Assembly (NCBI GenBank): GCA_038208905.1
Contig: JBBQYG010000005.1
Span: 1 to 56,729 of the forward strand
Direction of reading: 5' to 3'
DNA length: 56,729 nt
From: Candidatus Sumerlaeia bacterium
GTDB lineage: Bacteria > Sumerlaeota > Sumerlaeia > SLMS01
Below are positions 30,593 through 40,325 of the stretch, in pieces. Numbering within the stretch: the stretch's first letter is position 1; the number at the start of each line of letters is the position of its first letter. The notes below the pieces were generated by a model. That model was not told the origin of the DNA. It ran no database searches and worked only from the letters and a program-made list of their open reading frames with translations. The translations under genes were made by a program, and so were the position numbers.

Positions 30593-31788
30593 AGAAAGAA
30601 TTCCAGAAGATCGAGTACACGCTGGTCTCCAGCGCCGCGGAACTCCAGTCCGCCGTGGAGGCCCTCGCCCGCGCGGAGACCCTCGCGGTGGACACGGAGT
30701 TCGTGGGCGAGAAATACTACTCTCCGCGCCTTGAACTGATGCAGATCGGCGACGGAGAGCGCATCTGGCTCGTCGACGCGGAGGCGATCGACGATCTCTC
30801 TCCCCTCGGCAAGGTCCTTGGCGACGAATCGAAACTGAAGCTCTTTCACGCGGCGGATCAGGACCTGGAACTCCTCCAGCGCGAACTCGGCTGCCGCGCG
30901 CTGCCGATGTTCGACACCCAGGTGGCGGCCTCGCTGCTGGGCTATGGAGCCCAGATTTCCCTCGTGAATCTGACGTCGGCGCTGCTGGACATCGCCCTGA
31001 GCGGCAAGCAGACCACCAGCGACTGGAGCGCGCGCCCCCTCAACGAGGAGCAGCTCGCCTATGCCGCGTCCGACGTGCTGCATCTCCACGAGCTGTATCG
31101 CCTGCTGCGCGACGCGCTGGTGGCGCGGGGTCGATTCGCGTGGTATGTGGACGAGCAGGCGGCGTGCGCGCTGGACATCCTCGACGCGCCCACGCCCGAC
31201 CCGATGCTGCTCTACCGCCGCGTGAAGGACTGGATGTCGCTCAGCCCGAAGGAACTGGCGGTGCTGCGCGAGCTTACGCTGTGGCGGGAGAACACCGCCC
31301 GCCAGAAGAACCAGCCGCGCCGGTCGATCTTCACCGACGATGGCCTGATCGAGATGGCCCGCTTCCAGCCGGCCAACCGCGACAAGGCCAAGACGCTGCG
31401 CCGCGTGAACCAGGGTCAGGTGGCCCGCTTTTTCGACGAAGTCCTAGCCGCCATCGAACGCGGCAAAAAGATCCCCCGCGACCAATGGCCGGAGAAGCCT
31501 GTCTCCGACCGGCCCGACATCCCGGCGGGCCTCCTCGAAATCTGCCAGGCGATGCTCCGCATCGAATGCGACCGGGCCGAGGTCGCCTCCTCCGTCGTCG
31601 CCACCACCTCCGACCTCTCCCGCCTCATCTCCAGCCGCCGCCAACTCGACGACCCGGCACTGGACATCCCCCTCCTCTCCGGCTGGCGCCGCCAGGTCGT
31701 TGGCCAACGCCTCACCGACCTCCTCAAGGGCCGCATCACCATCCGCGTGGACAAGGACGGGGAGTTGGTTTTCGCGGAGGAGGGGTGA
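30589..31788 (+). CDS. rnd: Ribonuclease D
   Basis: AVDTEF, HAADQDL, FDTQVAA, DWSARPL...YAASDV; HRDC domain; LLSGWRR. Confidence 0.93.
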   Translation: MKKEFQKIEYTLVSSAAELQSAVEALARAETLAVDTEFVGEKYYSPRLELMQIGDGERIWLVDAEAIDDLSPLGKVLGDESKLKLFHAADQDLELLQRELGCRALPMFDTQVAASLLGYGAQISLVNLTSALLDIALSGKQTTSDWSARPLNEEQLAYAASDVLHLHELYRLLRDALVARGRFAWYVDEQAACALDILDAPTPDPMLLYRRVKDWMSLSPKELAVLRELTLWRENTARQKNQPRRSIFTDDGLIEMARFQPANRDKAKTLRRVNQGQVARFFDEVLAAIERGKKIPRDQWPEKPVSDRPDIPAGLLEICQAMLRIECDRAEVASSVVATTSDLSRLISSRRQLDDPALDIPLLSGWRRQVVGQRLTDLLKGRITIRVDKDGELVFAEEG

Positions 31789-31869
31789 GGGTTCCTTATG
31801 TTAGGCTGCCTTGAATAAGGAGGGGGATGGGGTCCATATTCTAGGCTACCTTTTGTAAGGAGGCAGGCG

Positions 31870-32901
31870 CTGCTTTCGGAGGCAGACCGGGCCCTCGGGC
31901 GGCTGGATGGGTCGATCCAGACGCTGCCGAATCCCGACCTCTTTGTGTTCATGTATGTGCGCAGGGAGGCAGTCCTTTCCAGCCAGATCGAGGGGACGCA
32001 GAGTTCGCTGCAAGACCTGCTTTCCGCGGAGGCCGAGGTTCTTTCCGTGGAGCGCCCGCGGGATGTCGCCGAAGTCGTCAACTATGTGAGCGCGATGAAC
32101 CAAGGGCTGGCTCGACCGGCGGAACTGCCGGTCTCGATCCGCCTCATCCGGGAGATCCACGGGATCCTGATGGAGGGAGTCCGCGGGTCGCACCTGACGC
32201 CGGGTGAACTCCGTCGCAGCCAGAACTGGATCGGGCCCGGCGGCGCGACGCTGGCGAACGCCTCTTTTGTGCCGCCTCCGCCCGAAGAGGTGCCGCGCGT
32301 GCTGGGCCAGCTTGAGAACTTCCTCCACGAGACGGAGTCGAGCCTGCCCATCCTCTTAAAGGTCGGTCTGGCCCACGCGCAGTTCGAGACAATCCATCCG
32401 TTCCTCGACGGCAACGGGCGCATGGGGCGACTGTTGATCACCTTCCTGCTCCGCGAGCAGGGAGTGCTGGCCAAGCCCGTTCTTTACCTCTCCCACTTCT
32501 TCAAGGAAAACCGCACCGAGTACTACGAGCGGCTCCAGGCGGTAAGGGACAACGGCGCTTGGGAGGAGTGGCTAGCCTTCTTCCTGAGGGGCGTTGCCAA
32601 GGTGAGCATCGAAGCAACGGAGACGGCTCGCAGAATACTGAAACTTCGCGAGGAGTTCCGCGCCACGATCTCCGACCGCTTTGGCCATGTGGGCGGGAAC
32701 GGGCATCGCGTTCTCGATCACCTGTGGGAACGGCCAATCCTCTCCGTTGCCGATGTCGCGGGAATTGTCGGAGTAACTTATCCGGCGGCAAACCAGCTCG
32801 TTTCGCGGTTCACAGAGGCTGGCATCCTGAAGGAGATCACCGGCCACTCCCGAAACCGGCGCTTCATTCTGGATCGCTATCTGCGGCTCTTCGACGATTA
32901 G
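31870..32901 (+). CDS. Fic family protein (Fic_N, Fic, C-terminal wHTH), apparently 5'-truncated
   Basis: LLSEADRALGRLDG...EAVLSSQIEGTQ; intact HPFLDGNGRMGR. First canonical start is GTG 31945, but homology extends upstream to about 31864; CTG 31870 follows AAGGAGG. Confidence 0.85.
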   Translation: MLSEADRALGRLDGSIQTLPNPDLFVFMYVRREAVLSSQIEGTQSSLQDLLSAEAEVLSVERPRDVAEVVNYVSAMNQGLARPAELPVSIRLIREIHGILMEGVRGSHLTPGELRRSQNWIGPGGATLANASFVPPPPEEVPRVLGQLENFLHETESSLPILLKVGLAHAQFETIHPFLDGNGRMGRLLITFLLREQGVLAKPVLYLSHFFKENRTEYYERLQAVRDNGAWEEWLAFFLRGVAKVSIEATETARRILKLREEFRATISDRFGHVGGNGHRVLDHLWERPILSVADVAGIVGVTYPAANQLVSRFTEAGILKEITGHSRNRRFILDRYLRLFDD

Positions 32902-32930
32902 GGCAATTTGACATTTTCGTAGCCGACCCT

Positions 32931-32987
32931 ACTGACGAGATGGACGAGATGGACACGATGGACGTCCATCAAGTCCATGTCGTCCCA
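32931..32987. repeat. Two-armed family A palindrome between convergent genes
   Basis: ACTGACGAG ATGGACGAG ATGGACACG ATGGAC|GTCCAT CAA GTCCAT GTC GTCCCA. Confidence 0.85.
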
Positions 32988-32990
32988 ACC

Positions 32991-34475
32991 CTACTTCCCC
33001 CGTCGTGGATCCAGGGCGTCGCGGACGGCTTCGCCGAGGAGGTTGAAGCAGGTGACGGTGGCGAAGATGGCGAGGCCGGGGAAGACGGTGAGCCACCAGG
33101 TGCCCTTGATGTCGTTGCGGCCGTTGTTGAGGAGGTCGCCCCAGCTTGCCATGGGTTGGGGGACGCCGAAGCCGAGGAAGCTGAGGCCGCTCTCGATGAG
33201 GATCGAGCCGGCGATGCCGAAGCTGGTCATCACGAGGATCGGGCCGAGGCCGTTGGGGAGGATGTGCAGGAAGATGATGCGCAGGCTGGAGCCGCCGAGC
33301 GCGCGGACGGATTGGACGAAGTCCATGCCGACTAGGCGCAGGAACTCGGCGCGCTGGAGCCGCGCGACGCCCGTCCACCACAGCGCGGCCAGGGTGAGGA
33401 TGATGTTGAAGATCGAGGGCGCGAGGAAGGCCTGAACCGCGAGGATCAGCATCAGCGGGGGGAAGCAGATCACCACCTCGATCACGCGGGAGATGGCGAT
33501 ATCCGTCCACCCGCCATAGAATCCCGCCAGCGCGCCGAGCACGATTCCGATGGCCGTATATACGGAGACGGCGATGACGCCGACGAGCATGGAGACGCGC
33601 GCGCCATAGATCATCCGCGCCAGCACGTCGCGCCCGTTGGTGTCGGTGCCCAGCCAGTGCCAGTGGGCGTCGGCGGCGCGCTGCGCGGCGGGGATGCGCC
33701 AGGTGGGTGGCTGGCGGGATTCGCGGATGATGTTCTCGTTCTCTCCGTAGGACACCGGCGTGCGGACGACGGCGCCTCCGCTGGCTGGAAAGTCCTGTGC
33801 CTCCACGATGGCGCGATAGGGCCGGTTGTCCTGGATGGTGGGCCACGCGGATTTCCACATCGCGGTGCAGATGCCCGCGATGGCGAGCGCCGCCAAGAGC
33901 CGCGCGGCGAACCCAACGCGCCGCCCGCGGATCAGCATCGCGGGAATCATCGCGGCGAAGGCGAGCAGCGCGTAAACCTCCGGCGCGGTGAGCGCGCGGA
34001 TGGCGGGGTAGCGGGGAACGGGGGTAAGCGTGACCTCGAAGAACGGATCGAGCCGCGCGGCGAGCGCGGCCGATGCCTCGGCGGAGAGGGTGCCCCCGGC
34101 ATCGAGTTGCCGCAGCAGATCATCGCGGATCAGCGCCAGGTCGCCGGCCTCCCTGGGTTGGAGGTGCGTGCGGACTTCCTCGAAGTTTGCGAGGGCGAGG
34201 GTTCGCGCGTTGGCGCGGGTTTCGGCAGGTATTTCTGGAGTGAGGAAGGAAGTCTGCTCGATCACGATCTGGAGCGAGTTGAAGTAGTCGGCCTCCAGCA
34301 CCGCGCGCAGATACAGCGGGCGATTGTTCGCGATCAGGGGGCAGAACACGGCGACCAGCGCCACCAACACGAGCATCGCCGCCGCCAGCATCGCGATGCG
34401 GTTCCTGCGCAGGCCCACGCCCACCTGCTGCCAGTAGGACCGCGCGGGTGCGTCGGTTGGCGGTGCCTCAGTCAT
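32991..34475 (-). CDS. Oligopeptide/dipeptide ABC transporter permease (OppC/DppC-like) with large insertion
   Basis: HWLGTDTNGRDVLARMIYGARVS; EAA-loop DFVQSVRALGGS; ESGLSFLGFG; FNLLGEAVRDALDPR. Confidence 0.9.
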   Translation of the reverse strand: MTEAPPTDAPARSYWQQVGVGLRRNRIAMLAAAMLVLVALVAVFCPLIANNRPLYLRAVLEADYFNSLQIVIEQTSFLTPEIPAETRANARTLALANFEEVRTHLQPREAGDLALIRDDLLRQLDAGGTLSAEASAALAARLDPFFEVTLTPVPRYPAIRALTAPEVYALLAFAAMIPAMLIRGRRVGFAARLLAALAIAGICTAMWKSAWPTIQDNRPYRAIVEAQDFPASGGAVVRTPVSYGENENIIRESRQPPTWRIPAAQRAADAHWHWLGTDTNGRDVLARMIYGARVSMLVGVIAVSVYTAIGIVLGALAGFYGGWTDIAISRVIEVVICFPPLMLILAVQAFLAPSIFNIILTLAALWWTGVARLQRAEFLRLVGMDFVQSVRALGGSSLRIIFLHILPNGLGPILVMTSFGIAGSILIESGLSFLGFGVPQPMASWGDLLNNGRNDIKGTWWLTVFPGLAIFATVTCFNLLGEAVRDALDPRRGK

Positions 34476-36162
34476 AGGTGATCCGCGGGTCCGCCACCGC
34501 GTAGGATAGATCGGCGAGCAGGATGCCGAGCAGCGTGAGGAATGCGCTGAAGAAGAGCACGGCGTTGATCACGGGATAGTCGCGTTTGAGGATCGCCTCG
34601 AAGGTCAGCGATCCCATGCCGGGAATCGTGAAGATCGACTCGATGATGATGGCGCCGCCGATCAGCTCCGGCAGCAAGCCTGCGGAGATCGTGAGGATCG
34701 GAATGAGCGAGTTGCGCAGCGCGTGCTTGAGGATCACCGTCCGCGCGGGAAGGCCCTTGGCCTTGGCGGTCCGGATGAAGTCCTGGTCGATGGCCTCCAG
34801 CATCGCGCTGCGCATCTGGCGCGAGATGAACGCAAGGCTGCCATAGGTGAGGCATAGGATCGGCAGCACCAGATGCCACGCGCGGTCGAGCAGCCACGTC
34901 CAAAACGCGACGCCATCGGCGCCATACTGGATGCCGTCGCTGTTGAGGCCGCGCGTGGGAAACCAGTCGAAATAGGGCGGCCCCGTGGTGGTCAGCAGCA
35001 GGATTCCCGCGACCCAGAAACTCGGCAGCGAATAGAGGATGAAAAGCAGCAGCGTAATCACCGAATCGGAAAACGTGTGGCGCCCCACCGCGGAGAGAAT
35101 CCCCAGCGGAATCGCAATGAGATAGCTGATCAGGATCGACGTGCCGGCGACGAGGATGCTGATGGGGAGCGCCTCCCACATCATCGTGGAGACGGGACGC
35201 CGCTTGGCGTAGGACTCGCCGAAGTCGAAGGACGCCGCCTGCCCGCACCACAGGCCAAACTGGGTATTCGCGATGACGTGCCATGCGTGGCGAACGGGGC
35301 CAAAGCTGGAGTACGCGATGCGCTCGCGGCGCCACCAGCTCCCCCACCGGAGGCGGATGTCGTCGGCGCGGGCGTCGAATTCCGCCTCGTTGCCGAGGAA
35401 GGTGAAGCCGGTCTGCGCCTGCAGGGCGCGCGTCGCGCGCAGGCGTGTCTCGCGATCGCGGTCGCCGACCCGGGCGATCAGGAACGGCACGGCGAATCCG
35501 CCCGCGCGATAGACATCCTGCTGCAATTCCGAAACGCGCGCGGGATCGCTGGCCGAGAAGTAGTCGGCGACCAACTGTCGCACGCGGGCGGCGCCATAGC
35601 GCTCCTTGTTGGCGTCATGCCACTCCTTCCAGAACGTATAGACAACGTCGGGATCCGTGCCCGGCGGGCGGAGGGTAGCCTCCGCGGCAAGGCTGGGGAG
35701 GATCTCGGCCAGGCGTCCCTTCTGGACCTCGGGGCTCGCCATGTCGCGCTTTGTATCTCCGCGCGATTCGACCTCAAGCTCGCCCGCGGTGCCGACAAGG
35801 GCAAAGCGCTCCAGCGCGGGACCCAGGGCGATGGTGGAGACGCGCATCAGGCGCTTGCGTCCGTCGCCAGACCAGAATTCGGGCTGGCGCAGGTAGTCGT
35901 CGAGCGCGCGCCGCGCGAGGAGCTCGCCGTCCTCGAAATCGAGGTTGAGCAGCATCGGCTTGTCCAGGCCCAGGTTGCGGCGGTTCAGCTCGACCAGATC
36001 GTTGTAGCCACCCACCGCCGTCGCCGCGCCGCCCCCCCCGCCCTGGATTTTGAGCGCCGCCGGATCCCCCGGCGTCAGCCGCGTGACGGCGAACGTGAGC
36101 GCGGTGATGCCGAAGAGCGTGACGAGGAGGAGGAGGAGGCGCTTGACGATGTAGGAAAGCAT
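34468..36162 (-). CDS. Oligopeptide/dipeptide ABC transporter permease (OppB/DppB-like) with large insertion
   Basis: MLSYIVKRLL...PGDPA, LGLDKP, DFGES, DFIRTAKAKGL...KHALRNSLIP and DPRI motifs. Confidence 0.92.
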   Translation of the reverse strand: MLSYIVKRLLLLLVTLFGITALTFAVTRLTPGDPAALKIQGGGGGAATAVGGYNDLVELNRRNLGLDKPMLLNLDFEDGELLARRALDDYLRQPEFWSGDGRKRLMRVSTIALGPALERFALVGTAGELEVESRGDTKRDMASPEVQKGRLAEILPSLAAEATLRPPGTDPDVVYTFWKEWHDANKERYGAARVRQLVADYFSASDPARVSELQQDVYRAGGFAVPFLIARVGDRDRETRLRATRALQAQTGFTFLGNEAEFDARADDIRLRWGSWWRRERIAYSSFGPVRHAWHVIANTQFGLWCGQAASFDFGESYAKRRPVSTMMWEALPISILVAGTSILISYLIAIPLGILSAVGRHTFSDSVITLLLFILYSLPSFWVAGILLLTTTGPPYFDWFPTRGLNSDGIQYGADGVAFWTWLLDRAWHLVLPILCLTYGSLAFISRQMRSAMLEAIDQDFIRTAKAKGLPARTVILKHALRNSLIPILTISAGLLPELIGGAIIIESIFTIPGMGSLTFEAILKRDYPVINAVLFFSAFLTLLGILLADLSYAVADPRITYD

Positions 36163-36170
36163 GAAGGGGA

Positions 36171-36198
36171 GGGATGAGGGCTAAGGGATGAGGGATGC
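36171..36198. repeat. 7-bp tandem repeat (GGGATGA)n
   Basis: GGGATGA GGGCTAA GGGATGA GGGATGC directly upstream of the minus-strand start at 36162. Confidence 0.65.
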
Positions 36199-36386
36199 AA
36201 CGGCAGTGTCTTGTCCTAGCCTGGGTTGACAGGTGCCCGGGGGTAGGAAAGGGCAGGCGCGTTGATGATGGCAAGCGAAGGCGATCACGGTGGCGACAAT
36301 TGGGCCTTGGCAAGGCGCCGCCGGGGGTGGTGCATAGGTCGCGACCCGAATAGAGACTGACAACCCAGGGCAGGACGAGCGCGGCG

Positions 36387-37604
36387 ATGGGCAACCAGCT
36401 TTCAGACTCCGCCCAACCCCCTTCCGTTGTCCACGTGGACATGGACTGCTTCTATGTGTCGGTGGAGCGGTTGCTGGATCCGTCGCTGGAGGGAAAGCCG
36501 GTGGCGGTGGGGGGCGCGGCGGAGGGACGGGGCGTGGTGTCTTCGGCGAGCTACGAGGCGCGCAAGTTCGGCGTGCGCTCCGCGATGCCAATGGCCCAGG
36601 CGGTGCGGCTGTGCCCGGCGCTGGTGGTGGTGCGGGGGACGCATTCGCGCTATGGCGAGTTCACCGGCCAGGTCCGCGCGATCATGGAGGCGTTCACGCC
36701 GCTGGTGCAGATGGCGAGCCAGGACGAGGCGTACCTGGACCTGACGGGGACGGAGAAGCTGTGGGGTCCGCCGCTGCGCGCGGCGCGGGCGATCCACGAC
36801 CGCATCGAGGGCGAGACGAAACTGCCGTGCTCGCTTGGGGTTTCGACGAACAAGCTGGTGGCGAAGGTGGCGAGCGGCATGGCCAAGCCGCGGGGGCTGC
36901 TGTATATACCGGCGGGAAGCGAGGCGCGCTTCTTCGCGCCGCTCCCGGTGGAGTACCTCCCCGGCGTCGGGCCGAAGTCGCTGGAGCGGCTCCGCGAAAT
37001 CGGCATCCGCACGATGGGCGACCTGACGGCGATGGATGCACGGCGGCTCGAGTCGCACTTCGGCCGGCACGGCGCCGACCTGGCCCGGCGCGCGGCGGGG
37101 ATTTCGGAATCCGCCGTCACCACCGGCGAGGCCGCCAAGTCAATCAGCGCGGAGGAGACTTTCGACCGCGACAGCGCCGACGTGGAGTTCCTGGGCGGCG
37201 TGCTCAGCAACCTGTGCGAGAAGGTCGCCTATCGCCTGCGCCGGGCAGAGTGCCGCGCCGCCACGATCACTCTGAAGCTGCGCTTCTCCGACTTCGAGAC
37301 GATCACCGCCTCGATCACTCCCCACGCCCCGGTGGACGACGAGGCCGACATGCTGCGCATCGCGCGCGACCTGCTGATGTCGAGGTGGGACCGTGCGCGG
37401 CCGATCCGACTGCTGGGCATCGCGGGCGGCAACCTGCGGCACGAGGGGAACCAACTGGACCTGCTGGACTCCGCCACCGACGAGCGCAAGGAGCGACTCC
37501 ACGATGCGATCGATGCCTTGAGGGAGAAGCACGGCTATGGCAGCGTCCGCCGCGCAAGCAGCGGGGGACGCGCGGAGGAAACGAACGACCGGCGTTGGGG
37601 GTGA
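36387..37604 (+). CDS. dinB: DNA polymerase IV (Y family)
   Basis: HVDMDCFYVSVE, ASYEARKFGVRSAMP, SQDEAYLD, NKLVAKVAS..AKPRG, KSISAEETF and IRLLG motifs. Confidence 0.95.
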   Translation: MGNQLSDSAQPPSVVHVDMDCFYVSVERLLDPSLEGKPVAVGGAAEGRGVVSSASYEARKFGVRSAMPMAQAVRLCPALVVVRGTHSRYGEFTGQVRAIMEAFTPLVQMASQDEAYLDLTGTEKLWGPPLRAARAIHDRIEGETKLPCSLGVSTNKLVAKVASGMAKPRGLLYIPAGSEARFFAPLPVEYLPGVGPKSLERLREIGIRTMGDLTAMDARRLESHFGRHGADLARRAAGISESAVTTGEAAKSISAEETFDRDSADVEFLGGVLSNLCEKVAYRLRRAECRAATITLKLRFSDFETITASITPHAPVDDEADMLRIARDLLMSRWDRARPIRLLGIAGGNLRHEGNQLDLLDSATDERKERLHDAIDALREKHGYGSVRRASSGGRAEETNDRRWG

Positions 37605-37670
37605 TGCAATCGGGCACGGTATCGGCTCATCAATCGCGTGACGGTTCATCCCACCGATGGAGAAGCGATC

Positions 37671-37808
37671 ATGGATATGCCCAATAAGCCTCGTCACCCC
37701 GTTGACCCCGGCAAGCAGCTTCCCACGCCGCCGACGAAGGAAAACCACGGCGACAAGAAGCCGCTGAATCCCGTGCCGCACCGCAAGCCGAAGTCGGGAA
37801 ACAATTAG
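37671..37808 (+). CDS. Possible small Pro/Lys-rich peptide (43-45 aa)
   Basis: MDMPNKPRHPVDPGKQLPTPPTKENHGDKKPLNPVPHRKPKSGNN*; GGAG upstream; fills an intergenic gap. Confidence 0.35.
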   Translation: MDMPNKPRHPVDPGKQLPTPPTKENHGDKKPLNPVPHRKPKSGNN

Positions 37809-37829
37809 CCCAATCGCGGCCCTGTGTCT

Positions 37830-38516
37830 CTACTTTGCGGACGCCTCGGCGCTCATGAGATCGAGCCGCGCCCTGATCGCCTGAATATCCACGCGGATGG
37901 AATCCTCGAAGGAGTCCATCCGCTTGTTGAATTCCTTTTCGTCCATGGCAGCCTGCTCAAGCTTTAGCTTCGTTTCACGCAATGTGCCTTGAACCAGACC
38001 TTCGATGCGGGCGATTTGCATGGCCTGGGCGGCGGCAATGCCACGCGGATTTTCATTGCTGGCGGCGAGGACTCCAAGCCGCCGGTCGATACCCCCGAGC
38101 TCGGCGCCGAGTTCTTTCACCCGGTCATTTTGCACTTTCGAGTCGTTGCGAATTCCCCGGAGTAGTTCCATTTCGTCGGATGCCTGGGCACGCTCTGCGA
38201 GCGCCTGATCGCGAAGCTGCCGCGTCAGGTACTTGGTCAGCGCGAGCGACATCACCACGGCCACCACCGCCGCTCCCAGGAAGCCAAACACGATCATCCG
38301 GCGGGCAGACCGGGCGATGCGGGCGGTTTCGGCATCCACGCGGCGGTCGTTCTCGGCGATCCAGCCGCGCAGCTCCTGGCGGACCCGGTGCTCGGCCTCC
38401 TGGCGCAGGGCCTCTTGGGAGGCGGCGTCCATCTCCCCCAGCTTTGCCTTCCCCTGAATGCTGGAAAGGCCGCGCTCCTCCAGAGACGGCGGATAGCCCG
38501 GCGGGTCATTGCGCAT
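37830..38516 (-). CDS. Hypothetical single-TM coiled-coil protein
   Basis: GGAGG before ATG 38516; TM MIVFGFLGAAVVAVVMSLAL flanked by heptad-rich helices. Confidence 0.65.
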   Translation of the reverse strand: MRNDPPGYPPSLEERGLSSIQGKAKLGEMDAASQEALRQEAEHRVRQELRGWIAENDRRVDAETARIARSARRMIVFGFLGAAVVAVVMSLALTKYLTRQLRDQALAERAQASDEMELLRGIRNDSKVQNDRVKELGAELGGIDRRLGVLAASNENPRGIAAAQAMQIARIEGLVQGTLRETKLKLEQAAMDEKEFNKRMDSFEDSIRVDIQAIRARLDLMSAEASAK

Positions 38517-38654
38517 CGATGTGGCCTCCTCCTGATATCGAGTCACCTGTGCGCCGCAAACCGGCCCCGGTCAACGCGATTCGCGGGAGGGGGCTTGCGC
38601 CACGGGGCGCGGTGGGCGCAGTTTGGCCGCAAACAGACCACGCAAAGGCCCCCG

Positions 38655-39761
38655 ATGAGCGCATTCGATACGGTCTCCGTACCCCTCGCCGACCGCTCCT
38701 ATGACATCCATATTGGCGAGGGCGTGCTGGCGCGCGCGGGAGAGATTCTGAAGCCGCTGCTCAAGAGCCGCGACCTGCTGGTGGTGTGGGATTCCGGCGT
38801 GGCGAGTCCCCATGGGGAGGCGCTGCTTGCGGTGCTCCAGGCAGCCGGGTTCAACGCCCGCCACCATGAGATCCCCGCGGGCGAAGGGACCAAGTGCGCG
38901 GAGGAATTGGTTGTGCTGTGGGACCGCCTCTCGGATCTGCGATTTGGCCGCGACTGCGCGGTGCTCGCGCTCGGCGGGGGAGTGGCCGGCGATCTGGTGG
39001 GCTTCGCGGCGGCGTCCTATCTGCGCGGCGTGGATTTCGTGCAGGTACCCACGACGCTGCTGGCGATGGTGGATTCCAGCGTGGGCGGCAAGACGGGAAT
39101 CAACAACGACTTCGGCAAGAACCTGCTGGGCGCGTTCTGGCAACCGCGCGTGGTGCTGGCCGACTTGGGCGTGCTGGCGACCCTCCCCGATGGGGAACTG
39201 GTAAGCGCCCTCGCCGAGATCATCAAGTACGGCGTTATCTACGACGCCGAGTTTTTCGCCTGGCAGGAAAAGAACATCGGAGGCCTGAAGAATCGCGACG
39301 CCGCCGCCACGGCCCACGCCGTGCGGAGGAGCTGCGAAATCAAGGCCGCCGTGGTCGGCGCCGACGAGCGGGAGAGCGGCCTGCGCGAGATCCTCAACTT
39401 TGGCCACACCGTCGGCCATGCGATCGAGAACGCCGCGGGATACGGCACGCTCCGCCACGGAGAGGCCATCGCCATCGGCATGGTGGCGGAGTCGATCCTT
39501 GGCCTGGATCGCGGCACCGCATGGACTCGCGCGGAGCACAACCGGCTGGTCGCGCTGATCGAGGTCGCCGGTCTCCCCACGCGCATGCCCGCGGGCCTCG
39601 CGCTCTCCACCACCCAGTTGCTCGACGCCGCGCGCTCCGACAAGAAGGCCCGCCAGGGCGCCGTGCGCTACATGCTCCCCACGCGCATCGGCGAAGTGGT
39701 CGCCGTCCGGCTTTCCGACGACGAGGTGGCCCCCGCACTCCATCAGATCGGCTCCGCCTAA
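38655..39761 (+). CDS. aroB: 3-dehydroquinate synthase
   Basis: ALGGGVAGDLVGF, VPTTLLAMVDSSVGGKTGIN, KNLLGAFWQP, LNFGHT.GHAIE and HGEAIAIGM motifs. Confidence 0.96.
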   Translation: MSAFDTVSVPLADRSYDIHIGEGVLARAGEILKPLLKSRDLLVVWDSGVASPHGEALLAVLQAAGFNARHHEIPAGEGTKCAEELVVLWDRLSDLRFGRDCAVLALGGGVAGDLVGFAAASYLRGVDFVQVPTTLLAMVDSSVGGKTGINNDFGKNLLGAFWQPRVVLADLGVLATLPDGELVSALAEIIKYGVIYDAEFFAWQEKNIGGLKNRDAAATAHAVRRSCEIKAAVVGADERESGLREILNFGHTVGHAIENAAGYGTLRHGEAIAIGMVAESILGLDRGTAWTRAEHNRLVALIEVAGLPTRMPAGLALSTTQLLDAARSDKKARQGAVRYMLPTRIGEVVAVRLSDDEVAPALHQIGSA

Positions 39762-39783
39762 CCCCCGTCCACCGCTCCCTTTT

Positions 39784-39811
39784 TCATCCCTCATCCCTCC
39801 TCCCTCATCCC
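39784..39811. repeat. 7-bp tandem repeat (TCATCCC)4
   Basis: TCATCCC TCATCCC TCCTCCC TCATCCC directly upstream of ATG 39819. Confidence 0.7.
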
Positions 39812-39818
39812 TTCCACA

Positions 39819-40277
39819 ATGATTCTCGACACGCTCGACAACCTCCACCTCTATTGCGCCGCTGGCTCGCGGCTGGAGGCGGCGATGAATTACCTGCGCC
39901 ACGGCTACAAGCCTGGTACGCCCGATGGCCGCGTGGACGTCCTTGGCGACGATGTGTTCGCGCTGATCCAGGGGTACGACACGCGCGCCATCGCCGACTG
40001 CCGGTTCGAGGCGCATCGCAAGTATCTGGATATACAATACGTCTATGACGGGGCGGAGGGCATGGGTTGGGCGCCGGTGGAGACGCTCGAGGTGGCCGAT
40101 CCGTTCGACACCACGCGCGACGTGGCGTTCTATTCCGCTCCGGATGTCTATACAACCGCGGAGGTGCGCGCGGGAATGCTCACGGTGTTCTACCCCGGCG
40201 ACGCCCACATGCCCGGCATTCGATTGACGGGATTCCCGAACGTCAAGAAAGTCGTGATGAAGGTGAGCGTGCTATGA
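39819..40277 (+). CDS. YhcH/YjgK/YiaL family protein
   Basis: MILD, FEAHRKYLDIQY, DVAFY, FYPGDAHMP and VKKVVMKV motifs. Confidence 0.92.
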   Translation: MILDTLDNLHLYCAAGSRLEAAMNYLRHGYKPGTPDGRVDVLGDDVFALIQGYDTRAIADCRFEAHRKYLDIQYVYDGAEGMGWAPVETLEVADPFDTTRDVAFYSAPDVYTTAEVRAGMLTVFYPGDAHMPGIRLTGFPNVKKVVMKVSVL

Positions 40278-40325
40278 ATGGAATCGGGCTGGCCGATAAG
40301 AATGCGCGCGAGCTCTGTTTTCAAG

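Noticed and set aside
36200-36386. LexA/SOS box upstream of dinB
   Set aside because: No convincing palindrome of a known LexA type, and the lineage's motif is unknown
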